Below are positions 17,981 to 26,362 of a stretch of DNA of 34,391 nt, in pieces (position 1 is the first letter of the stretch; the number at the start of each line of letters is the position of its first letter). The notes below the pieces were generated by a model, which was not told where the DNA came from, searched no databases, and worked only from the letters and a program-made list of their open reading frames with translations. The translations under genes were made by a program, and so were the position numbers. The DNA lies in sequence record SRR22947725_3573; one strand, written 5' to 3'.

Positions 17981-18550
17981 ATAAACACCGATACCGCTAC
18001 ATTTCGTTGGTCTCTACAAATAGGCGACCCTACTATTACGGGCTGGCTCATTACAGTCTTGTATCTCTGTATTGGCTATCTCTTAATCAAGGTTTTTTTC
18101 GGATTAAAAAAAGGACCTGATGACCAAAGCGAATATAAGAGCTGGCTTTTTCTGGCAATATTCTTTTTCGCCTTAGGCTTCAATAAACAATTGGACTTAC
18201 AAACCATAATCAGTGACACTGGTAGATACATTGCCATGAAGTTTGAGCTTATGGAGCATCGGCATACCTTTAAAAGAGTTTTTATCATCGCCTTAAGCTT
18301 AGGATTAATTGGCTTCGGTCTTCTCTTTAAAAGTAAAATAAAAAGTTTCATACAGCTACATCGAGCTATTTCCATTGGCATTTGTTCAATTGTCCTGTTT
18401 GTTTTTTGTCGAGCCCTATTCTTTCATATATTTAGCATCCCATTTAAAGAGACCTTAGACAACTACCATATTTATTCTATTTGGGAGCTCTCAACCCTCA
18501 TCATGCTCATTTTTCCATTGAATAGTTTGAGGAAAATTTCATTAAATTAA
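17981..18550 (+). CDS. Multi-pass membrane protein of unknown function, non-canonical or mutated start
   Basis: About five hydrophobic segments and an LGFNKQLDLQT motif. The frame is open upstream of the track start 18059 (WSLQIGDPTITGWLITVLY), with an AAGGA SD 8 nt before ATA at 17981. Confidence 0.7.
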   Translation: MNTDTATFRWSLQIGDPTITGWLITVLYLCIGYLLIKVFFGLKKGPDDQSEYKSWLFLAIFFFALGFNKQLDLQTIISDTGRYIAMKFELMEHRHTFKRVFIIALSLGLIGFGLLFKSKIKSFIQLHRAISIGICSIVLFVFCRALFFHIFSIPFKETLDNYHIYSIWELSTLIMLIFPLNSLRKISLN

Positions 18551-18628
18551 GAAATACTGAGCTTGGAACATTTCGAAAGTTTTATACTCTTAGTTTCTGT
18601 ATTTGTGTGAAATGTAAAAGGACTTATT

Positions 18629-19573
18629 ATGAATAGACGCGACTTTGTAAACTCCACTTTAGCTACCACTGGTGCGGCGGCACTCCTAAGTAGTTGTTCT
18701 TCACAATCTGTGACTCAAAAATGGCAAAAAGGCGAGAGTCGATGGCCAATCTGCCTCGATACGGCCACTTTATCCAGAAACTTAACTCTCGAGGAAAAGG
18801 TTGAACTCGCAGCACAGGCTGGATTCGACGCCATAGAACCTTGGGATAAGGAACTAAAGAATCACAAGGATTCCGGTAAAAGCCTCAAGGACTTAGGCAA
18901 GAAAATAGAAGACCTCGGTATGTTTGTCCCCAGTGTCATTGGTCTTTGGGAAGCGCTTGCGCCCAATAAGGAAAGCTTCACAAAAAATATCGACCAGCAT
19001 AAACAACGCCTAGAAATGGTTTCTGAAATTGGCTCAAAGCACGTCCAAGTGATCCCGCAATTTTCATATAAAGAGAAGCTCAATCATGACAACGCGGCCT
19101 GGGCTTACAGTCAGGTCTGTGAAATGGCCAAAGACTACAGCCTTACTCCAGCGATTATTTTCCTCAATTTCGTCAAAGGCCTAGAGCGCATGAATGACGC
19201 CGCCAATATAGCGTTAATTTCAGGACAAAAGCGAGCTCAAATCATACCTGACACTTATCATATGTTTCTCGGTGGAACATCTGCTAATGCTCTTAGGCAC
19301 CTCGATAAGGATTTCATTGCTATATTTCAGTTTGCTGATGCAGGTCACCAAGTAAAGCCATCGAAAAAATTTGGTCTAGACGGCCAGCGAGTGCTACCTG
19401 GCGACGGTAAACTCAACTTAGTCGATTACCTCAAGCCTCTAAAAGCCATTGGCTATGAAGGTTGTATATCACTTGAACTCTACAATAAAGAATACCGCAA
19501 AAGAGAACCGAAGAGCTTTCTCGCTGAAGCTCTTCAAAAAACAGTAAAGGTTGTCTCTCAAGTCGACGCTTAA
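18629..19573 (+). CDS. Tat-exported sugar phosphate isomerase/epimerase-family TIM-barrel protein (possible lipoprotein)
   Basis: MNRRDF twin-arginine signal, LSSC lipobox, AGFDAIEPW, DTYH, RVLPGDG and GYEGCISLELYN. Confidence 0.9.
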   Translation: MNRRDFVNSTLATTGAAALLSSCSSQSVTQKWQKGESRWPICLDTATLSRNLTLEEKVELAAQAGFDAIEPWDKELKNHKDSGKSLKDLGKKIEDLGMFVPSVIGLWEALAPNKESFTKNIDQHKQRLEMVSEIGSKHVQVIPQFSYKEKLNHDNAAWAYSQVCEMAKDYSLTPAIIFLNFVKGLERMNDAANIALISGQKRAQIIPDTYHMFLGGTSANALRHLDKDFIAIFQFADAGHQVKPSKKFGLDGQRVLPGDGKLNLVDYLKPLKAIGYEGCISLELYNKEYRKREPKSFLAEALQKTVKVVSQVDA

Positions 19574-19584
19574 ATCGAAACTTT

Positions 19585-19610
19585 ATTGGGCTTTAGCCAT
19601 AAAGCCCAAT
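19585..19610. terminator. Hairpin/terminator between convergent genes
   Basis: Perfect 11-bp stem ATTGGGCTTTA-GCCA-TAAAGCCCAAT. Confidence 0.75.
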
Positions 19611-19615
19611 TAAAA

Positions 19616-20965
19616 CTACTTCTTCTTTTTCTTCTTTTTCTTCTTACCAGCAAGTTGCTTATCGACTTCAGGGCTCCAACGCTTATACCCACTTTGAGGT
19701 TCACCCATTTGATCTAACCAGGCGTCGTAAGCTTTCTGAAGTTTCTGTTGTTTTTCTGGGAACTGGCCCATTAGATCTTTGCTCTCTGAAATATCGTTTT
19801 TTAAATTAAACATTTCAGTCTTGCCTTTAATGCCTACTAATTTCCAGCCATCGTGACTTCTAACAGCCCACTTACCGGCAGAGTTATTCCAGAAAAAATA
19901 ATCTCGCAGCTTATCTGTCTCACCAAAAATAGCCGGCATTATATTCTTACCATCTAAACCGTGACTCTGAGGAACTTCGACACCTCCAACAGCACAAGCA
20001 GTTGGTAAGATATCCATTGAAAATACCGGAACATCACAAGTAGTCCCTGCTTTGATTTTAGCAGGCCAGGAAACATAAAAAGGCACGTGAACTCCGCCTT
20101 CGTAATCGTACTGTTTTGAGCCTCTAAAAGGAGCATTATTAGCATCCATCGCAGCAGAACCACCATTGTCACTTAAGTAGAAAATAAGCGTATTCTCGTA
20201 TTGGCCAGTTTCTTTAAGCATCTTAACTATCTCGCCGACACCTTGATCAAGGTGATAAAGCATCGCCATAAGAATATCGCGATCCTTATTCCCTGTATTG
20301 TAGCGCTTTATATCTTCTTCCGGTGCTTGTTGAGGTGAATGCACGGCATTATAGGGCAGGTAACAAAACCAAGGATTACCTTTATGCTTTTTCATAAATA
20401 CAATAGCTTCTTCAGTCAATCGATTGGTCAGATAGCCTTTTTCAGCGACTGGCTCAAGTCCCCTAAAAATGGGATCTTTGGTATTGGCCAGATCAAAATA
20501 ATCATGGGCTCCTCGTCCCATAAAACCGAAGAATTCATCAAATCCACGCTTTACCGGGTTATGCTCTTCTGTAAGCCCCATATGCCATTTACCAAAAGCA
20601 CCATTAGTGTATCCCTGATCCTGCATATAGTTCGCTACCAGTTTATACTTTGGGTCAACTCCTGAGCCACATTGGCCGGCAGAGTAGGTTCCATATCGCT
20701 GCTGATAACGGCCGGTCATCATACCCAATCGAGTCGGGGAACACACATGACCCGTCGTATAACCATTGGTCATGACAACCCCTGACTTTGCGAGGGCATC
20801 GATATTCGGCGTATGAACTTCTGGTGGATGATTTGGGTTTAGGCTGACATCGGCATAGCCCTGATCGTCAGACATGATTACAAGAATATTCGGTCTCTCT
20901 GACTCGGCAAAAACGCTGAGGCAGAGTAAGAAAAATAGTACGCTTAAAAATTTGGCTTGAATCAT
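19616..20965 (-). CDS. Secreted sulfatase (S1) with a C-terminal poly-lysine tail
   Basis: Signal peptide, RPNILVIMSDDQG, CSPTR...TGRYQQR, GKWHMG, YNAVHSP and SDNGG. Confidence 0.96.
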   Translation of the reverse strand: MIQAKFLSVLFFLLCLSVFAESERPNILVIMSDDQGYADVSLNPNHPPEVHTPNIDALAKSGVVMTNGYTTGHVCSPTRLGMMTGRYQQRYGTYSAGQCGSGVDPKYKLVANYMQDQGYTNGAFGKWHMGLTEEHNPVKRGFDEFFGFMGRGAHDYFDLANTKDPIFRGLEPVAEKGYLTNRLTEEAIVFMKKHKGNPWFCYLPYNAVHSPQQAPEEDIKRYNTGNKDRDILMAMLYHLDQGVGEIVKMLKETGQYENTLIFYLSDNGGSAAMDANNAPFRGSKQYDYEGGVHVPFYVSWPAKIKAGTTCDVPVFSMDILPTACAVGGVEVPQSHGLDGKNIMPAIFGETDKLRDYFFWNNSAGKWAVRSHDGWKLVGIKGKTEMFNLKNDISESKDLMGQFPEKQQKLQKAYDAWLDQMGEPQSGYKRWSPEVDKQLAGKKKKKKKKK

Positions 20966-21029
20966 TATATTTCCTTTGTTTACCCTATAAACACTCCAGC
21001 CTACATGAACCTAAACAGCATTTTTCCAT

Positions 21030-23027
21030 TTACCTATAAGTAATTTTTAAATTCTTGGGGGCCCGACGCATTTCACTTTTCTCAAATTGCCCTTCTGAAA
21101 TAATTAGCCTACCTACTCCCTTAACTGCAATATGAGGAGTCACAGAATTAATTGCAGTCTTGCGAATGTCGAGACTCTTAACGCTAAATCCAATAAACTG
21201 ATACATATTCTGAATATTAGTGCCGCGTACATCGAGAGATTCACACTTCAACAAACGGAAAAAACTGCTTTTCGCAGAATGCCTAGCGGTCGCAATAGTC
21301 TTCTTCAAATTCATACCCGACACCCGAAGTCGCTTTTTGTGATCATAACTAAATTGTGTCTCATCCCACTGGGGGTTCCAGCACTTTAACAATTGCACTA
21401 AAACTTCTGGAGATGTAAAAACACTACCTTTTAAGGCCATCTGATAATGAATCATACGCTCTATCATTGAGTAGCGAAATTCCCTAAAGCTTTCCGGCAA
21501 AGAGTTCAGAGCCTTCAAAACAAATAGGAAGTCTTCGTCTTTTAGGGAACCGTTTTTCAGGCGTCGAAATTTCTTAAATGATTTTGCTAAATCAGCTAAA
21601 GGTTTAGACTCAGTCGCTTCATAATTCTTAATTTCTTCAAACCTTTGAGCAATGAATAAATTCTTGATTAAAATTTGAGCACTGGAGACCTTGCCCTTTT
21701 CATCATAATAAGCCTTGAGCACAGAAATAGACTCATCCATGGCATTTACAGGGTCGGAAAAGTACACTGGGTATAACGCCTTCTCTAAAGCTATTGCGAT
21801 CTTATTACTAACCAGCTCTTTAGACACCTTTCGCTGTTCATTACGCTGCTCAATAAACCTATTGAAATTCTCTTCACTTTTCTCATAAGCCGCTTTCTCT
21901 TTAAGGCGAGATTCGCTCAATTCAGCATGAGACTTTTGCAGCTCTACGTAAGCTTGCTCTGTTAATTTCTTCCTTTCTTGCAGTTTAAGCATAAATACCG
22001 AGGAGCCCACTAAAATTAACAATAATGCTGCTATTGCCACCAAGCATATTTGTTTATTGCGCTTATAAAATAAGTTAAATTCTTTAAGGAAGCCGGCATT
22101 CTCTGCTTCTGTAGAATAGCCCGTCAAAAACTGGTTTACTTCCTTCTTCAACTCATCGACTGACTGGTAGCGGTCGCTTTTCTCATGGGACATGGCCTTA
22201 CGGACTACGGCATCGAGACTCTCCGGGATTTTCTTATCAGGAAAGCGCTCAAGAGGAAAATCAATTTTACCCGAAATAGTTTTGCTTATAATAGTTCGGT
22301 AACCGCCGGCAACGGGATTTTTTCCTGTTAACAAACTGTACAACAAAGCGCCAAGAGCATAAATATCGGTCAAATTATCAATACTCTCTCCAGGCTTCCC
22401 CTGTTCTGGAGACATATAACCGGGAGTACCTTTTATCAGCCCAGAATTGTCACTGGCGCCCTCTGAAAGATCAATCAAATAACTGCCCAAACCCCAATCG
22501 CAGACCTGGACTTCACCAAATTTCCCGACCTGTATATTGTCCGGTTTGATATCCAAATGAAGAACACCACAGGAATGGGCATAAGAAATAGCATCGCACA
22601 CTTTGAGGAAAATCTCCAAAAGCTCACTTAGGGCCACCCCTTCTTTTCTCTGAATCGCCCGGAGTGTGTCGCCCACCTTGAGTTCCATAGTAAAATACGG
22701 CTCGTGCTTTTCATCTGTCCCAACATCATATACAGATATAATATTTGGATGCTCCATAGAGGCTGTGAGATACGCTTCTTTGAGAAAAGATTCACACTGC
22801 TCTTCGGGTACATCTCCTCTTAAACGAGCCATGGCGATATCACGGCAGGTTTTGGTATCGTAAACCTTAAAGATATCCTTCATCCCGCCTGAAGCGATCA
22901 GTTGTGACTTACAGTACCTTTCGACTGGAGTTGACGCTGATTTTGCTGAAGGCTCATCCCAACAGTCGATATCGCCGTCTTCATAAAACTGCGTCAAATC
23001 GAGAGAGTCTTCTTGGGGTTCATCCAT
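21030..23027 (-). CDS. Hanks-type Ser/Thr protein kinase with a transmembrane helix and extracytoplasmic C-terminal domain
   Basis: IASGGMK, EHPNII, HLDIKPDNI, DWGL, GTPGYMSPEQ, DIYALG; TM segment ICLVAIAALLLILVGSSVFML; coiled coil and LRR-like tail. Confidence 0.93.
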   Translation of the reverse strand: MDEPQEDSLDLTQFYEDGDIDCWDEPSAKSASTPVERYCKSQLIASGGMKDIFKVYDTKTCRDIAMARLRGDVPEEQCESFLKEAYLTASMEHPNIISVYDVGTDEKHEPYFTMELKVGDTLRAIQRKEGVALSELLEIFLKVCDAISYAHSCGVLHLDIKPDNIQVGKFGEVQVCDWGLGSYLIDLSEGASDNSGLIKGTPGYMSPEQGKPGESIDNLTDIYALGALLYSLLTGKNPVAGGYRTIISKTISGKIDFPLERFPDKKIPESLDAVVRKAMSHEKSDRYQSVDELKKEVNQFLTGYSTEAENAGFLKEFNLFYKRNKQICLVAIAALLLILVGSSVFMLKLQERKKLTEQAYVELQKSHAELSESRLKEKAAYEKSEENFNRFIEQRNEQRKVSKELVSNKIAIALEKALYPVYFSDPVNAMDESISVLKAYYDEKGKVSSAQILIKNLFIAQRFEEIKNYEATESKPLADLAKSFKKFRRLKNGSLKDEDFLFVLKALNSLPESFREFRYSMIERMIHYQMALKGSVFTSPEVLVQLLKCWNPQWDETQFSYDHKKRLRVSGMNLKKTIATARHSAKSSFFRLLKCESLDVRGTNIQNMYQFIGFSVKSLDIRKTAINSVTPHIAVKGVGRLIISEGQFEKSEMRRAPKNLKITYR

Positions 23028-23029
23028 GA

Positions 23030-23626
23030 TTACTGAAATTCTATTTCCTGGCGAAGCTTTTCTATTTCCTTCTTTAAGCGGCTTTTTATGCGGCTTCTCA
23101 GGACAAATACGCTATCTTCTGTCAGTCCCAGCTCTAATGATATATCTTTGGCGCTCTGCCCTTTTAAACTCAACTTAAAGACATCTACGGCTTGGCCGGA
23201 AAAGGCTTCTTGAACTTTACCCATAGCCACCGAAGTCAGATAATTAACCCATTCGTCTTTGATAATATTCTCAATTTCGGATTCGGTCACTTCTAAGATC
23301 TTACTTTCATCGAGCTCAATTTTATCGCCACCTTTGCGCTTAGCTTTGGCGATATGATTAATAATTGTATTGCGAATAATAGTGCTCAACCAGGTGCGAA
23401 ACTTAGCTTTTTCTTTGCGGTATTCATAATTCGGTAAACCCTTCCACACCTTTACTAAAATATCTTGGACGAGATCATCTGCCTCATGAAGAGAGATCCT
23501 CGACTTATTAAGGACCATTTTTATAAAAGTCTTGTAGTAACTTACAAAATCATCCCAAGCCGTATGGTCATCCGGATTTTGAGCCCTTTGAATAAGAGTC
23601 TGTTGGGTATTCCAGTTTTCTTCCAT
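23030..23626 (-). CDS. ECF RNA polymerase sigma factor (PVC-type, kinase-associated)
   Basis: TLIQRAQ...AWDDFV..Y, ADDLVQDI...W, FRTWLSTIIRN (region 2) and a C-terminal HTH (region 4). Ends 2 nt upstream of the kinase start. Confidence 0.93.
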   Translation of the reverse strand: MEENWNTQQTLIQRAQNPDDHTAWDDFVSYYKTFIKMVLNKSRISLHEADDLVQDILVKVWKGLPNYEYRKEKAKFRTWLSTIIRNTIINHIAKAKRKGGDKIELDESKILEVTESEIENIIKDEWVNYLTSVAMGKVQEAFSGQAVDVFKLSLKGQSAKDISLELGLTEDSVFVLRSRIKSRLKKEIEKLRQEIEFQ

Positions 23627-23787
23627 CACACAAGCCTTTAAATTAAACTCTTTTACACTCTAAGCACTAACCATTTATCTTCTTAAGCATAAACATTCTC
23701 AAGGTGGAAAACAATTATTAAGTAAATAAGCTCTTAAGAAAAATATTACGTTTCTAGAGTTAAAAACTTAGAGGTTTAATACGAAAA

Positions 23788-24570
23788 TTATTCGACTAGA
23801 GTGATACTCTGTGAAGGCAACCAACATTTAGAGCCATCTAAAAGCTCTACATACAACCAGTTGTTACGAGTTTCGAGAATTGAGAATTCAGTCCCCGAAT
23901 GCAGAGGAGCTAAAAAGGCGGGCTCATAAATATGACCGTTTCCTTGGCGGGCAATAACTTCGTTCTCGGTAATTACGCCATCCACATCATTATCAAAACC
24001 CGATAACGTAAGTAATAAAGAGATACCGAGAATGACACTTAATGCAGCAGCCACAAGAGAAGACCTCTGTGTTATTTTATGCTTTCTAAAAAGTAGGCTG
24101 AATAAAAGTCCCCAAAAACAGAAATTAAATACCGCCAGTAAAATGGTTCTTGCTGTAACACTCCAGCTATGCCAAAAAAAGATCGCCGAAACGACATCAC
24201 CAATTAGAGATTCTGGGAGTTCATCAATAACCATGGAACGCACATAATCTAAATTATGCCTAACGTCGCTATTGCCCGGCTCCATCTTTAAAGCCTTTTG
24301 ATAGTAAACAATCGCCATACCAGTATCGCCCGCAAAAAAACAGGCATTGCCGGTATTACTAAAAAGTTCGGGCGAGCCATAGCCTTTTTCTTCAATTAAA
24401 AAACGATAATTCAAAATTGCGTCACGGTATAATTTCTTAGACTTATCCGGATCATTCAAAGAAGCCTGACCCGCTTCTTCAAAAAGTCTATTTGCTAATT
24501 GTAGGCGGTCGCTATCACTCGCAAGTAGAGATGCACTCAAAAGAAGTAATATAGTTAATAATTTACGCAT
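23788..24570 (-). CDS. batE: BatE-like TPR + SH3 protein
   Basis: Signal peptide, TPR (NTGNACF...AIVYYQKAL.MEP...HNL), two TM helices, SH3-like LHSGTEF...W..VELLDGSKCWLP. Last gene of the operon. Confidence 0.8.
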   Translation of the reverse strand: MRKLLTILLLLSASLLASDSDRLQLANRLFEEAGQASLNDPDKSKKLYRDAILNYRFLIEEKGYGSPELFSNTGNACFFAGDTGMAIVYYQKALKMEPGNSDVRHNLDYVRSMVIDELPESLIGDVVSAIFFWHSWSVTARTILLAVFNFCFWGLLFSLLFRKHKITQRSSLVAAALSVILGISLLLTLSGFDNDVDGVITENEVIARQGNGHIYEPAFLAPLHSGTEFSILETRNNWLYVELLDGSKCWLPSQSITLVE

Positions 24571-26362
24571 GTTTCAAACCCCTCTGAATGGTACCGATAA
24601 GCCTATTCGCGTCATCCTTCGTTTTCTTAAAGTCAGCGTCAACATCCGCCTCCTGAAAGCGACAGGCATCGAAACGCTCATAGAGTTCTTTCAACTCTTT
24701 TTCATAAGGCTGAAAAGCCGGCAAGAGATCGCCAAGAACATGAGCATCGGCTATTAAATTGAGATGATCGGCAAAGTAAGATTTGACTGTTTTCTCTAAA
24801 GATCTCATATCTTGCGTAGCCGAAAATTGACTAAGGAACTTCTTATATGCAAACTTTCGTCGAGCCCCAACAGGGTCCTTCATTTTCAACCTCATTTCTG
24901 CAGTCGCAAGAGTGGCTAACAAATAAAGAACCGGTGCTGCGAATAAGGCAAAAAGAAGCAGAATGCTTACTTTCCTATTAACTTTGAGCATGCTTTCATC
25001 TAAAGAGTTATGGCGTATCCCGCGAGTACTTGTTTCGACTTTATTCTTCAAAATTTTGCCGCCACTTAAATCTGCATCAAAGGCGGTCACACTCTTCGCT
25101 GGAGTTACTGTCAAAGCGACAGATTCTGTTTGAGCGACGCCATAGCTCTCTGTTTGAGGGTCGAAATAAGCCACGCGTATCGGAGGGACTGCAGCGACGT
25201 CAGTTCGCAGAGGCCTAATAGTTCTCAAAAAGACTTTACTTTTCCCTTCTACACGGCCCAAAGACTGACGTGACGGAATTGCAAAATTGCGATTAAAAGC
25301 CAATTGTTCATTAAAATCGGACAACTCAGGAAGGCCTGGATATTCATAATCCGAAACTGTTATTTTAAGGTTTACCGGGCCGCCTTCTTCCACTGCCGTC
25401 GGTGATACTTCTAAAGCCAGGTTACACTTGCCCACAAGGCCACCAAAGTCGGCTGGTCTCCCTTTCACAGGCAGATCTTTTATTTTAAGCGTTAGTCCAG
25501 GAGAGCTGGCAAAATATTTCTCATAAGACTTACCCTCCACTTCCTCAAAAAAATTATTATTAAAGTGACTAGGGTACTGTGGCTGCCAATTGCGCTTATT
25601 ATTATTCACCTTAGGTGCGGTATATGAAGCTAAAAAAGTAGCTGGCTTAAGTTTCATTTCTCCCGCCACTGTAGGAATAATAATTCTTTTAAAGGAAAGG
25701 CGATCGATGTTTTTGCCATCTTCTTGAAGGCGAGAACGCGTTCCGATAATACGAGTATTTGATACCGGAATTCCAATGCTGTTTTTAACTCCGGAGATAG
25801 GGGCATTCTCGGGAGTAAAAAGGCGAAAACCATAATGGCCGATAAAAGGATACTTTATATCAACGGCATTGAATGCATACATCGGCAATTCACTGCTTAA
25901 CACAAAGGTTGCTAAGATAGGTTCTCCAACAAAAGCCTCTGTTTGCGATAGGTGCATTTCTATTTTTAAGCCAGGATGTTCTTTTGGAGCCTTAACTTCC
26001 AAACTTAAGGCTTCTGTCTCCATAAATTCACCATTCACCTTAACTTGCAGAGGTGGCAACGGCAGCTTACCCGCTCTTTGCGCTAGCAGCTTATAGCGAA
26101 TTGCATAGCCTTTTTTATCCTTGTGAGCTAAAGGGCCTTCACTCATCAACTTTATGGAAAAGTCATTGATCAACGAGGTATCTGGCGCTTTCACCTGATC
26201 CGAACCAGAAACTAAAATAGTGAAACTAAAAGCCTCTCCTAAATAAAATGACTTCACTGTTGTCGAGGCATGTATTTTGACTTCTTCGACAGCCGTCTCT
26301 TGCTGAGCCTTTAAAGCTACAGGAAAGCATAATAAGAAAATCATTAATCTTATAAAATTCAT
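24563..26362 (-). CDS. batD: BatD family protein
   Basis: Signal peptide, repeated Ig-like BatD modules (YLGEAF, FVGEP, LPVKGRPADFGGLVG, YFDP), C-terminal TM helix, and operon context. Confidence 0.85.
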   Translation of the reverse strand: MNFIRLMIFLLCFPVALKAQQETAVEEVKIHASTTVKSFYLGEAFSFTILVSGSDQVKAPDTSLINDFSIKLMSEGPLAHKDKKGYAIRYKLLAQRAGKLPLPPLQVKVNGEFMETEALSLEVKAPKEHPGLKIEMHLSQTEAFVGEPILATFVLSSELPMYAFNAVDIKYPFIGHYGFRLFTPENAPISGVKNSIGIPVSNTRIIGTRSRLQEDGKNIDRLSFKRIIIPTVAGEMKLKPATFLASYTAPKVNNNKRNWQPQYPSHFNNNFFEEVEGKSYEKYFASSPGLTLKIKDLPVKGRPADFGGLVGKCNLALEVSPTAVEEGGPVNLKITVSDYEYPGLPELSDFNEQLAFNRNFAIPSRQSLGRVEGKSKVFLRTIRPLRTDVAAVPPIRVAYFDPQTESYGVAQTESVALTVTPAKSVTAFDADLSGGKILKNKVETSTRGIRHNSLDESMLKVNRKVSILLLFALFAAPVLYLLATLATAEMRLKMKDPVGARRKFAYKKFLSQFSATQDMRSLEKTVKSYFADHLNLIADAHVLGDLLPAFQPYEKELKELYERFDACRFQEADVDADFKKTKDDANRLIGTIQRGLKHA

